Position numbers and translations under genes: made by a program
Shown here: positions 17,112-26,304 of the stretch, piece after piece
Position numbering within the stretch: position 1 is the first letter of the stretch
Layout of the letters: every line of letters begins with the position of its first letter
Virus record (IMG/VR): IMGVR_UViG_3300029305_003710
Location: 1-64,000 of that record
Direction: 5' to 3' (one strand)
Length of the DNA: 64,000 nucleotides
Origin: a virus
Taxonomy: Duplodnaviria; Caudoviricetes
Notes under the pieces: model-generated
The model's database searches: none
Told to the model about the DNA's origin: nothing
Seen by the model: only the letters and a program-made list of their open reading frames with translations

Positions 17112-17333
17112 ATGAAAATAGGAGACCAAATTATGAAAGAAACTTTTGGGATTAGTCTACCGACAGCGACTTTTATCACTTTTCTCGTTCTGAAGCTGAC
17201 TAATGCAATTGACTGGAGCTGGTGGTGGATAACTGCCCCTCTATGGATTCCAACGGCTATCGTATTAACGCTTGTATTAATTATTCTAGTGGTCGCATTC
17301 ATTGGAGCGTTGCTAGGAGCAGATGATGAGTAA
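17112..17333 (+). CDS. Small membrane protein
   Basis: FLVLKLTNAIDWSWWWITAPLWIP, common phage TM family. Confidence 0.75.
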   Translation: MKIGDQIMKETFGISLPTATFITFLVLKLTNAIDWSWWWITAPLWIPTAIVLTLVLIILVVAFIGALLGADDE

Positions 17334-17805
17334 AACTTGTCCAAGATATATAGTAGCTCTTCTAAAAGATTTGAGCTCCGAGCTGGAAAGAGTTCAATGG
17401 AACGTTTACCAAGAAGAGTATGAGTCCCCTTTTTATAATACGGGGAATTCTTTTAAAAATGATACCTTTGAGGTTCATGCTTACTATTGGGGAGACGACG
17501 AAGATTTTATCAACCGACCAAATTTTAAATGTGGGGATTTAGAAATTTCTTGGTACAAACATCTAGGCAGAGGAGATACGATAAATAAACGTATTTCTCG
17601 GAGGAAGATGGAAAAAATCTACCTCAAATGCTTAATAAGTATCTTGAAATGGGAAGAAGAACAAGATTGCGACCCCTACCGTACTCCAGTGGATGAAAAA
17701 GAAGACCTCAAGTATCTCAAAGGCTACCGCTCTTACGGACTTAATCCGATTAAACGTCTAAAAGTTTGGTGGAGAACTAGGCACGACCCTCCCGAAAGCT
17801 GGTAG
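17323..17805 (+). CDS. Hypothetical phage protein
   Basis: FEVHAYYWGDD...PNFK...ISWYKHLGRG. Confidence 0.7.
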   Translation: MMSKTCPRYIVALLKDLSSELERVQWNVYQEEYESPFYNTGNSFKNDTFEVHAYYWGDDEDFINRPNFKCGDLEISWYKHLGRGDTINKRISRRKMEKIYLKCLISILKWEEEQDCDPYRTPVDEKEDLKYLKGYRSYGLNPIKRLKVWWRTRHDPPESW

Positions 17806-17821
17806 TGTAGAATAGAGGAAA

Positions 17822-18517
17822 ATGCAAACAAACACCCTAGACATCGTTTATACGGTCAAACAAAATAAAAATAATGACGAGCTTCGTTACTCTCTCCGCA
17901 CTTTAGAAAACTTGCCCCATAGGAGCGTGTTTATTTTTGGGTATGTCCCCGACTGGGCTCAAAACGTCATCGCTCGACCCATGGCGCAAAAAGGCAACGA
18001 TAAATGGGAGAAGACCGCCGATTCTTTATGGAGTGTTGCTAACGAAAAAGACCTTTCGGAAGATTTCGTTCTATTCAACGATGATTTTTTTGTGATGAGC
18101 CCTGTACAAAGGCTTCCATATTATTTTGACAGAACCCTAGAACAGAGGATTGGTGATTTTCGAAAGAAAGGAATGCTAAATAGCTACACCACGAGGTTAT
18201 TTAATGCCTCAGAAGCTCTTAAATCAAGAGGCAAGACTACAAAAAATTATGAGCTTCATCTCCCCATGGTTATCAACAAAGAGAAGTATAAAAAGTTGTG
18301 GGAGCTCTATCCTGGGATTGGAGCGAAGCGTAGTCTGTATGGGAATGAATACATGGTAGAAGGAATCCAAAGACCGGATTGCAAGATATATCAAACTTAC
18401 GACCACCCTAACTTAGGGATTGATTTTCTTTCAACTACGGACGGGTCTTTTAGTTCAGGTAGGGCCGGACAAGAAATTAGGAGAAAGTTTAATAAGAAGT
18501 GTATTTATGAACAATAA
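17822..18517 (+). CDS. Stealth-like / glycosyltransferase-fold protein
   Basis: ELRYSLRTLENLPHRSVFIFG, FVLFNDDFF, YELHLP. Confidence 0.6.
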   Translation: MQTNTLDIVYTVKQNKNNDELRYSLRTLENLPHRSVFIFGYVPDWAQNVIARPMAQKGNDKWEKTADSLWSVANEKDLSEDFVLFNDDFFVMSPVQRLPYYFDRTLEQRIGDFRKKGMLNSYTTRLFNASEALKSRGKTTKNYELHLPMVINKEKYKKLWELYPGIGAKRSLYGNEYMVEGIQRPDCKIYQTYDHPNLGIDFLSTTDGSFSSGRAGQEIRRKFNKKCIYEQ

Positions 18518-18574
18518 GTTGAATGGAAAAGAAGGAATCAGTGGACAATATAATAAAAAAGGAACTTTTTTAAT

Positions 18575-18763
18575 ATGAACGAGGACGAACTCCTTTATTA
18601 CAAAGGATATATTGACGCAGATGGCAAGCTTACTCTCTTAGGGGCAAGAAAGTTTGTTCAATGGCTGTTCGATTCTGACCCAGAAAATCGTAAGGATTGG
18701 GCAAATTACTTGCGGTTACTTAATGACCCCAATCTAACGGAGGATAAAGATGGAGAATGCTGA
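18575..18763 (+). CDS. Hypothetical protein
   Basis: 62-aa ORF. Confidence 0.55.
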   Translation: MNEDELLYYKGYIDADGKLTLLGARKFVQWLFDSDPENRKDWANYLRLLNDPNLTEDKDGEC

Positions 18764-18905
18764 TATAGAAAAGACTCCGGCCTTCTTTAAGCGAACCCTC
18801 AATCGCAAAATGCGACGCAAATTTAAGAATCGTGCTCAGACGGAGGGTAGAAGCAAAAAGTTTTATACGACCAAAAGGAGAAAAAACCGTGGAAAATTAT
18901 TTTAA
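18750..18905 (+). CDS. Small basic protein
   Basis: MENADIEKTPAFFKRTLNRKMRRKF; read by eye. Confidence 0.45.
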   Translation: MENADIEKTPAFFKRTLNRKMRRKFKNRAQTEGRSKKFYTTKRRKNRGKLF

Positions 18906-19239
18906 AAAAGCCAAAGTTTTAGTTAACAGGATTCTAAAGAACCTAGGGGATTCGACTCTTGAATGGACTCTCCAAGTTAGCGAAAACACCGCTAACCCTG
19001 GTAAGATAACTTATGCCTGTATGATTCATGTCTCCGACCGACTAGAGCCTTTGGTTTGGACTTGCGATTCTTGGGAGGAACTTTTAGAAAAACTCGAAAA
19101 GGCCTCTAAAGAATTGAATAAGGATATGGTGCAAGTCGCTTATTTTGAGGGCGAAATCAAACGTTGTGAAAGGTTAAAAAAATACTATGAGGAAAAGATT
19201 GCTGAAATTGCTTCTGGCAGTGATAAGGCTGAATCCTGA
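18889..19239 (+). CDS. Hypothetical protein
   Basis: GTG start with SD aggag. Confidence 0.6.
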   Translation: MENYFKKAKVLVNRILKNLGDSTLEWTLQVSENTANPGKITYACMIHVSDRLEPLVWTCDSWEELLEKLEKASKELNKDMVQVAYFEGEIKRCERLKKYYEEKIAEIASGSDKAES

Positions 19240-19336
19240 CGACAGCCTGATTAAGGATAGGATTGAAGCTCAAACATGGCTAGCAAACCACACTCATTTG
19301 TATTATAATGAAAATGAAAATTAATGGAGGTATCTC

Positions 19337-19720
19337 ATGGGATTAAATGTCGTAAGTTTGGTCGGAAGACTTGTTGCTGACCCTCAAGAACGCAAAGCAG
19401 ATAAATACACGATTGCGAACTTCTCAATCGCTATCGACAGGGAATTTAGTAAGGATAGGGTTACGGATTTCTTAGATTGCCAAGCTTGGGGGAAAACCGC
19501 GGAATTCGTCAATCAGTATCTCAAAAAGGGCTCTTTAATAGCCGTAAGTGGTAGAATCCAAAAAGATGTATGGAAAGATAAGGGAACCGGTCAAAATCGC
19601 TCTAGAGTTATTATTATAGCCGATAAGGTAAATAGTCTCGGCGGCGGGGAGAAAAAGGACGCTGTAAAGGATGAAAATCTTGATGATGAGCAGATAGACT
19701 TGAGCCTCGTGCCTTTTTGA
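19337..19720 (+). CDS. ssb: Single-stranded DNA-binding protein
   Basis: LNVVSLVGRLVADP, DFLDCQAWGKTAE, KGSLIAVSGRI, acidic tail DLSLVPF. Confidence 0.95.
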   Translation: MGLNVVSLVGRLVADPQERKADKYTIANFSIAIDREFSKDRVTDFLDCQAWGKTAEFVNQYLKKGSLIAVSGRIQKDVWKDKGTGQNRSRVIIIADKVNSLGGGEKKDAVKDENLDDEQIDLSLVPF

Positions 19721-19740
19721 TATAATAAGACTGTGTGAGG

Positions 19741-19768
19741 AAAGCCTCCGTTATAAAGGAGGCTTTTT
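19741..19768 (+). terminator. Intrinsic terminator
   Basis: aaagcctcc/ggaggctttt. Confidence 0.75.
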
Positions 19769-19801
19769 AATATATAATTAAATAAATTGTTAAGGAGAAA
19801 A

Positions 19802-20314
19802 ATGGCCGAAGAGGATTATAAAAAGATAAAAGCCAAATGTAAGGAGCTAAATCGTCCTTGGATTAACGAACCTCCTAGCTACACCCACTTTAGGATTTGG
19901 GATATAAAACATAAAACTTGGTGTGGTTGGCAAGATGAAAATACTCTGCCTTACTACGGATTTGACCCTTTCTGCGGCGAAGTCGTAACAATGCAAAAAT
20001 GGCCTCTCGACTGGCATGAGTACGAGTGGTTGAGGGTCGACCAATCGACCGGAATTGCTGACCGTAACGGTGTGGAGATATACCAAAGAGATATTGTGGC
20101 GTTTGATTATCATAGAGGACATGGAGAAGAGCTCTTTGAAGTGATATTCGATACGCAGGAGGCGAGATTTTCCCTTAAACCTTTAGGGATTAGTCGAGAT
20201 AGGAAGGAGACTTGGGAAGAAGAGAAGCGTCTTCGAGTAGATTTCTTTGACTATAATGACCCAACTGAAGAATTCGAAGTAATAGGAGCAAAGGGACTGG
20301 CGACCGATTTTTAA
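19802..20314 (+). CDS. YopX-family protein
   Basis: FRIWD...QSTGIADRNGVEIYQRDIV...FEVIG. Confidence 0.85.
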   Translation: MAEEDYKKIKAKCKELNRPWINEPPSYTHFRIWDIKHKTWCGWQDENTLPYYGFDPFCGEVVTMQKWPLDWHEYEWLRVDQSTGIADRNGVEIYQRDIVAFDYHRGHGEELFEVIFDTQEARFSLKPLGISRDRKETWEEEKRLRVDFFDYNDPTEEFEVIGAKGLATDF

Positions 20315-20335
20315 CTTGTGATATACTAGCCTTTA

Positions 20336-20422
20336 GTTATATCGTTCCCCTCAAAACGCTATAACAGAAACACTCTTTGGAGTAAACAGAAACAGCAAAA
20401 AAATGAAAGGGGAAAACAACCA
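20336..20422 (+). promoter_or_regulatory. Candidate preQ1-like translational riboswitch leader
   Basis: Stem gttata/tataac with loop ttcccct complementary to SD aggggaa (20408-20414); upstream of a preQ transporter. Confidence 0.45.
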
Positions 20423-21061
20423 ATGAAAAAGAATCTTGCCGATGTGAAGATGTCCCGAATAGCTATCTACTCTATTGTCTCCTACGCAATTATCGCAGTA
20501 GCTAGCGACATTTTCGCCAACAAAATGCTCAATCTTGGTGGGTTGACTCTGGCTGGAGGAATTCTTCTAGTCCCATTGTCCTTTTCCATTAGAGATTTGA
20601 TGCATCGGTGTGTCGGATACGATAACGCCAAAAAGATTGTTTGGGCGACAGCCTTTGTTAATCTGGTAGTGGCGGCTTTGCTCGTTCTGCTGGATATTCT
20701 CCCGGCTCTTAGCGGAGAGACTCAGACAATGTGGCATACCCTCATGGGGTCAAGCTGGCGAATCATTGTCGCGTCCTTTATCGCTCAGTTAGTAGCAGAC
20801 CTTTCCGATACCCATGTGTTTGAATGGTTCACTAGGAAATTTGGCGATAACAAGACTTGGATAAGGGTTGCGGGGTCGAACGTGGTCTCCACATTCTTTG
20901 ACTCGGTACTCTTTTCCTTCCTCGCTTTCTTCGGAGTTCTGCCGACAGAAGTTATCTGGGCGAGCGTTCTGAGTTCCTTTGTGGTTAAATTTATCGTATC
21001 AGAGCTTGCCACCCCTATTGCGTACCTTACAAACAAAGTCGAGTATAAGACTGAAAAATAA
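20423..21061 (+). CDS. yhhQ: Queuosine precursor transporter (VUT/YhhQ family)
   Basis: SDIFANK, LSFSIRDL, RIIVASFIAQLVADLSD, SNVVSTFFDSVLFSFLAF. Confidence 0.9.
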   Translation: MKKNLADVKMSRIAIYSIVSYAIIAVASDIFANKMLNLGGLTLAGGILLVPLSFSIRDLMHRCVGYDNAKKIVWATAFVNLVVAALLVLLDILPALSGETQTMWHTLMGSSWRIIVASFIAQLVADLSDTHVFEWFTRKFGDNKTWIRVAGSNVVSTFFDSVLFSFLAFFGVLPTEVIWASVLSSFVVKFIVSELATPIAYLTNKVEYKTEK

Positions 21062-21108
21062 TTTTATACCTCGCCGTTTGAGGGGCGGCGGGGTTATTTA
21101 AGGAGAAT

Positions 21109-21333
21109 ATGAATTTTATCGAACTATCTGGCATTATTGCCTCCCTACTAGTATTTGTATCGTTCTTGCCAACGGATATTAAGTTGATTCGGTGGCTTAA
21201 TTTAGTAGGTAGTATCTTCTTTGTCATTTATGGCTTTTCGATTGGAGCTATATGGACAGGCGTAACTAATGGAGGGTTATTCTTCGTCCAGCTTTATCAT
21301 TTAATTAAACTATATTCTAAGAAGGAGAAATAA
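21109..21333 (+). CDS. YgjV-like small membrane protein
   Basis: LLVFVSFL...IRWLNLVGSIFFVIYG. Confidence 0.75.
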   Translation: MNFIELSGIIASLLVFVSFLPTDIKLIRWLNLVGSIFFVIYGFSIGAIWTGVTNGGLFFVQLYHLIKLYSKKEK

Positions 21334-21699
21334 GTGGGAAAATACAATTCTTTAACAGATGAACAACAAGCGGAATACTTGAAGAACACCTATGGAGTAA
21401 CGGAGATTACTCTATATGAGACCATTCAGCATTGGTGTCCTCTTGGAGACCAACTCGGCACTACTAGGTATGAGATGATAATCGAACCAGGAAAGCAACT
21501 TGCCGAACTATGTGAATTGCATAAAAAGTTTACTGATATGGTAGGAACAACTTATTCTTTAGAAAGCGGATTAGGGCAGATTCTAAATATTCTAAAAGAG
21601 GCATACCCAGATTCGAAGTATATTAGAGTGACAGCTTCTTGCCCAACTAATAAACACATGGCCTGCGATGCCACAGCCGAATACTTTGGAGAGGAATAA
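21334..21699 (+). CDS. QueF-like T-fold protein
   Basis: HWCPLGDQ, SLES...KYIRVTA; context next to queC and dpdA-like genes. Confidence 0.6.
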   Translation: MGKYNSLTDEQQAEYLKNTYGVTEITLYETIQHWCPLGDQLGTTRYEMIIEPGKQLAELCELHKKFTDMVGTTYSLESGLGQILNILKEAYPDSKYIRVTASCPTNKHMACDATAEYFGEE

Positions 21700-22505
21700 T
21701 GCTCCTCTATTTTGCAGGATATTCAACCGATAAGGACATTTTCCAAGTTCCAGGGGCGGAAAACTTCCTTGAATCCTACCTCCTATTCAAGAATAAAGAC
21801 TACAAGAAATTCCACGAGGAAAGACACCTGCTTGGCAAAAGGCTATTCCTTGATTCTGGAGCTTTCTCCGCCTTCACTAGAGGAGAGAAGATTGATATTA
21901 ATAAATACGCCGAGTTTCTCAAGCAAAATGAAGAGTATATTACTACTTATGCGACTCTGGACGTGATTGGAGATTGGAAAGGTACGGAAAGGAATACTAA
22001 ATACCTTGAATCTAAAGGTTTGCACCCTCTTCCTACTTTTCATAATGGCTCTCCTTACGAAGTTTTAGAGAAAATGGTAGATGAATACGAAGGCGGATAT
22101 ATTGCTTTAGGGGGGTTAGTCCCTCTTTCCACGGACAGGAAGACTATGCAGGCTCACTTAGATAAATGCTTCTCGATTATTAAGACTCGGTGCAAAGTGC
22201 ATGCATTTGGAGTGAATGGGGTCTGGGCGTGGCTCAGATACCCTTTTTATTCGGCAGACGCTACTAGTTGGCTCATGGGAGCAAAATTTAGGCACTTAGT
22301 TAATTGGAACCCTAAAACTCAAAAAATGGAGCAAGTAACTAAACGTACCAAAAAACTTACTACCGATATACCTTTGGTTTATAACGGACATTATGCCGAG
22401 ATTAACAAACATAACGCCGCTGAATATGTTAAGGCAGCTAACTTCGCAACAAAACTGTGGGAATCTCGTGGTATTAAATGGGAATACCCGCCATTGAAAG
22501 GATAA
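21699..22505 (+). CDS. DpdA/TGT-like 7-deazaguanine transglycosylase
   Basis: LFLDSGAFSAFT, ATLDVIGD, PTFH, IALGGLV, VHAFG, YSADATSW. Confidence 0.8.
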   Translation: MLLYFAGYSTDKDIFQVPGAENFLESYLLFKNKDYKKFHEERHLLGKRLFLDSGAFSAFTRGEKIDINKYAEFLKQNEEYITTYATLDVIGDWKGTERNTKYLESKGLHPLPTFHNGSPYEVLEKMVDEYEGGYIALGGLVPLSTDRKTMQAHLDKCFSIIKTRCKVHAFGVNGVWAWLRYPFYSADATSWLMGAKFRHLVNWNPKTQKMEQVTKRTKKLTTDIPLVYNGHYAEINKHNAAEYVKAANFATKLWESRGIKWEYPPLKG

Positions 22506-22506
22506 A

Positions 22507-23190
22507 ATGCAAGAAAAAGCTAAAGAATATTTTGAATTTAACCCAGACAAGTTAAAAAAGATTAGTATTGATAATCTTCGTCCGAATACTTGGAATCCAA
22601 AAGACCCCAATGCTCCAGAATTTGATAAGATTAAGGAATCCATTAGGATTAATGGTTTAACACAACCAGTTTTTGTCAGGCAGAATAAAAATGACGAATC
22701 GGACTACGAAATTCTAGACGGAGAGAACCGCTATCGGGCTGCAAAAGAATTAGGGTTCACCGAAATTTACATTTATGACGAGGGAGAAGTTCCAGACGAA
22801 CTAGCAAAAAGTTTTACTATTTTTCACCAACTACAAAATCCGTTTGACGAGCTTCAGCTTGCCCCTATTGTATTAGAGCTTAGCTCTTTGAGCTTTGAAC
22901 TCCCTTACGAGGATAAGGAGATTGAGAAATTCAAGGACTTGACTCAGTTCAGTTTTGAAGATTATTCCACGGATGGGCCGGAACAGAAAGAAGATTTGGA
23001 CGACCAATTTAAGACTCTTACGATTAGAATGACCGCAGAACAATTCGAGGACGTTCAGAACGCAATTAAGACCGTCTCCGAGGGGGATAATGTTTCGGAG
23101 GGGAGGAGTCTTCAATTACTATGCGTTAATGGGTTAAATGGCTATCCCTTCGACGGGACAGGAGATATTAACTTGGAGGACGAAGAATGA
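22507..23190 (+). CDS. ParB-like nuclease domain protein
   Basis: LRPNTWNP, GLTQPVFV, YEILDGENRYRAAKELG. Confidence 0.9.
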   Translation: MQEKAKEYFEFNPDKLKKISIDNLRPNTWNPKDPNAPEFDKIKESIRINGLTQPVFVRQNKNDESDYEILDGENRYRAAKELGFTEIYIYDEGEVPDELAKSFTIFHQLQNPFDELQLAPIVLELSSLSFELPYEDKEIEKFKDLTQFSFEDYSTDGPEQKEDLDDQFKTLTIRMTAEQFEDVQNAIKTVSEGDNVSEGRSLQLLCVNGLNGYPFDGTGDINLEDEE

Positions 23191-24914
23191 AAGCAATAGT
23201 TAGTTTAAGTGGCGGTAGAGACTCGGGTACTTTACTGGCTAAGGTAGTTAAAGAGTTAGGAGCGGAAAATGTTTACGCTATTTCTTTTGAATACGGGAGT
23301 AAGCATCCTGCCGAACTTGAGTGTGCTAAAAGGTTAGCCAAGTATTATGGAATTAAAGAGCATAAGATTATCACTATCGACCCAAGTATTTTTCAAGGTT
23401 CAACCTGTACTCTATTAAAAGGCGGAAACGAAGTCCAGAAGGATATGACTTACGATGAGATTATTGAAAGAGACGGAGAAGGACAAGTGGATACTTATGT
23501 TCCAGCCAGAAACTTTCTTTTCTCGGCATATACTTGTGCTTATGCGGAATCTAAGGCTCAGGAAACTGGAGATGAAGTAACTTATTATTTAGGGCAACAC
23601 GCCGATGACGCTGCGGGTGCAGCATATTCCGACGCAGTAGCGAAAGGGTCGATGATTTTGATGGCGGATGGAACGGAAAAGAAAATTGAAGATGTTGAAG
23701 TTGGGGATTTGATTTGGGCTTTTAATACTAAAACAAGAAAGCTGGAAAAGAGCCAAGTCTTTGATAAAATCTTTCAAGGGGTTCGTCCTGTTTACGCTAC
23801 GGGTGGAGCGAAGGTATCGGCGAATCATATTATGTGGCGAGCGGGAACTCCTAATAAAAAGTTTTGTCCATTCAGCGATATGAAACGCAAAGATGCTACT
23901 TATAAAGCCTTCCGTTTCGACTTCGCTCCGCAAAAAATTGAAGATGAAAATAATTTTATTAAAGGATATTTGTGGGGATTGATAGAAGGGGATGGGTGGC
24001 AAGGCAAGAGCCATAAAGGGAGTCGTATCGAATTAAATGTCTGTCAGAAGGACGAGAGTGTTCTGAAAGAGGCATCTAGTTTGTTCGAAAAAGTTTATCG
24101 TTTGAAGCGGGAGATTCGAACTAGACAACGTAAAGATAATGATATGTATGTTTTATCTTTTGGCGTAGATAATAGTGAATTGTTATTGGCGGATATTGAT
24201 GAGTTGCTTGATAATAGAGATTTTAGATTAGGATATCTCAACGGGATGATTATCGCAGAGGGGTGCTATAATGGGTCTTATTGTGGTCGAGCTATTGAGT
24301 TTTGCCAGTCTGAAAAAGCGAACCCTGAAAAGGTAAAGTATATTGATGAGTGTATGAAGGTGGCTGGTTATTATCATCATCGTTATGTTGGGAAAAAAGA
24401 TTTTTGTGTAAATTGGAAAATTCCTCGCGCGTTTTGTGTATGTCTTAAATATGGGGCGGGTAAATTGGATTCTTTACATAAGAAAATGTGCAAACAAGTA
24501 AAGGTGGAGTCGTTAGCCCCCGCTATAAAGATTGATGGTATTGTAAGTGCAGAATACTTAGGAGAGCAAGAGTGTTATGATTTGACTACCTCGGCGGGCT
24601 CGTATTTTGCGGATGGTTTATTGGTTCATAACTGTAGCCCAGCCTTCACGGAAACAATGGCAAAAGCCACGGAAATTAGTTCGGAAGGACGAGTGCATAC
24701 GGTTAGCCCGTTTATTAACCTGCATAAGTCAGATATTATTGAGCTAGCGATTAAACTCGGTTTGCCTCTGGGATATACTTTAAGTTGCTATGACCCGATT
24801 GAAAAAGACGGTTATATAGAAGAGTGCGGGAGGTGCGCTACCTGCCTAGATGTTAAAAAGGCAATGGAAAAGAATGGTCTGGAATATAAGCCCACTCGCG
24901 TAAAAATCGCATAA
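23187..24914 (+). CDS. queC: 7-cyano-7-deazaguanine synthase QueC with intein
   Basis: LSGGRDS, FEYGSKH, YVPARN, YSD|CSPAF after splicing, SCY, CGRCATC. Confidence 0.92.
   Translation: MKAIVSLSGGRDSGTLLAKVVKELGAENVYAISFEYGSKHPAELECAKRLAKYYGIKEHKIITIDPSIFQGSTCTLLKGGNEVQKDMTYDEIIERDGEGQVDTYVPARNFLFSAYTCAYAESKAQETGDEVTYYLGQHADDAAGAAYSDAVAKGSMILMADGTEKKIEDVEVGDLIWAFNTKTRKLEKSQVFDKIFQGVRPVYATGGAKVSANHIMWRAGTPNKKFCPFSDMKRKDATYKAFRFDFAPQKIEDENNFIKGYLWGLIEGDGWQGKSHKGSRIELNVCQKDESVLKEASSLFEKVYRLKREIRTRQRKDNDMYVLSFGVDNSELLLADIDELLDNRDFRLGYLNGMIIAEGCYNGSYCGRAIEFCQSEKANPEKVKYIDECMKVAGYYHHRYVGKKDFCVNWKIPRAFCVCLKYGAGKLDSLHKKMCKQVKVESLAPAIKIDGIVSAEYLGEQECYDLTTSAGSYFADGLLVHNCSPAFTETMAKATEISSEGRVHTVSPFINLHKSDIIELAIKLGLPLGYTLSCYDPIEKDGYIEECGRCATCLDVKKAMEKNGLEYKPTRVKIA
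23634..24632 (+). mobile_element. Intein (333 aa, Ala1...His-Asn, +1 Cys) with LAGLIDADG endonuclease
   Basis: AVAKGSMILMADG block A; YLWGLIEGDG and YLNGMIIAEG; CYDLTT...LLVHN. Confidence 0.9.
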
Positions 24915-24995
24915 AAATAGTAGAAATTTTGCTAAAATTTCTGGGAAATAACCTTAGTATCGGGGTTATTTTTTGGTGATTTTCATAAAAAAGTA

Positions 24996-25024
24996 TTGAC
25001 TTTTCTAAGCAAGTGTGGTATAAT
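24996..25024 (+). promoter_or_regulatory. Sigma70-type promoter
   Basis: TTGACT - 17 bp - TATAAT with extended TG. Confidence 0.8.
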
Positions 25025-25031
25025 ATAGGTA

Positions 25032-25331
25032 ATGGGGTTGAGATATAACCTCGATAAAAGAAAGGAATCTATGAGACTTGCTTCATTATATATCGACACC
25101 GACGGCAATATAAATGCTCATATCGTTGTCGATAACTACAAAATGATAAAAGCCCGCTATCATAAGGTCAATCCGCACCGCCCTACGTATCCGAATGTAA
25201 CTTTTAAAGGAGAGGATTATGCAAGCGATTCTATGACCTTCTACGGTTACAGGAAGCGTCCTCGCTATCAAAGTTGGCAAAAAATACATACTTTGGTGCA
25301 AGAAGCCCTTAACGAAATGGAGGAGGAGTAA
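25032..25331 (+). CDS. Hypothetical protein
   Basis: ATG 7 nt after TATAAT. Confidence 0.6.
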   Translation: MGLRYNLDKRKESMRLASLYIDTDGNINAHIVVDNYKMIKARYHKVNPHRPTYPNVTFKGEDYASDSMTFYGYRKRPRYQSWQKIHTLVQEALNEMEEE

Positions 25332-25332
25332 T

Positions 25333-25689
25333 ATGCAGTATTATGCAGAAATCCCTCCTGTTGCCACTATGACTGGTCGCAAAATGGAAAGTACTTGGTG
25401 GGGCGACTTCAGGGTGGCGGCTGAGCTTGGTGGATTAAAAGGTATCAAAGATACTTATAAACGGGGTTTAGCTCTTGCCAAGAGTGATAAAGTTTACGGA
25501 ACCGAGTTTAGCCTAGTGCTGAACTGGTTGTGCTGGTTTTACGCTGGAGATAAAGTAGTTTTAGACGACAACTCGCCAGATACCCAAAAGGCTAAATTGT
25601 TTAAAGAGCTTTGGGAAGAGTTTGATAATTGGGTGATGGAGAACTGGAAGGGCGAAGACTTATCCTATTACATTTCGGAGACTGACTAA
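25333..25689 (+). CDS. Hypothetical phage protein
   Basis: STWWGDFRVAAELGG...TEFSLVLNW. Confidence 0.7.
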   Translation: MQYYAEIPPVATMTGRKMESTWWGDFRVAAELGGLKGIKDTYKRGLALAKSDKVYGTEFSLVLNWLCWFYAGDKVVLDDNSPDTQKAKLFKELWEEFDNWVMENWKGEDLSYYISETD

Positions 25690-25690
25690 A

Positions 25691-26143
25691 ATGAAAATTG
25701 TAGAAGCCGAACCTTTTGTTAAAACCCTAATGAACGATTATCTTCCTGATTGGGAGTTTAGATGGGATAGAGCCACTCGTAGATTTGGCTGTTGCCATCA
25801 AAACCTTAAAAGGATTACTCTTTCTAAAACCTTAACGGAACTCAACGAGTGGAACGATGTAAAAGACACTCTGCTCCATGAGATTGCCCACGCTTTAGCG
25901 GGAAATGGTCACGGTCATGATGGGGTTTGGAAAGCTAAATGTATTGAAATTGGGGCAAAACCTGAACGTTGTTATGATGAGTCGATTAAATGCCCGCCTC
26001 GAAAATGGAAGGGGACTTGCCCTGAATGTGGGAGAGTAATTTATAGAAGCCGTTGTCGAAATATAAGTTGTGGCAAATGTAGCAAAAATTATAATCCTAA
26101 ATATAAGTTCGTCTGGGAAGAAAATAAGGAAGGAAAAAGTTAA
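25691..26143 (+). CDS. SprT-like zinc metalloprotease
   Basis: RRFGCC, LLHEIAHA, HGHDGVWK, CPEC. Confidence 0.9.
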   Translation: MKIVEAEPFVKTLMNDYLPDWEFRWDRATRRFGCCHQNLKRITLSKTLTELNEWNDVKDTLLHEIAHALAGNGHGHDGVWKAKCIEIGAKPERCYDESIKCPPRKWKGTCPECGRVIYRSRCRNISCGKCSKNYNPKYKFVWEENKEGKS

Positions 26144-26144
26144 A

Positions 26145-26303
26145 ATGGAAAAACGCTTACTCGAAATCTACCGTCGTATTAGGGTAGAGGAAGTTAAATT
26201 AAAAGAGATTCCTAAAAGCAGACCGAAGGAATATCATTATCAATCCGGTTTGGTTGACGGATTAAAATTAGCCCGAGATTTAATTGAAGGGTATGGAGAA
26301 TAA
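26145..26303 (+). CDS. Small hypothetical protein
   Basis: ATG 26145. Confidence 0.5.
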   Translation: MEKRLLEIYRRIRVEEVKLKEIPKSRPKEYHYQSGLVDGLKLARDLIEGYGE

Positions 26304-26304
26304 T

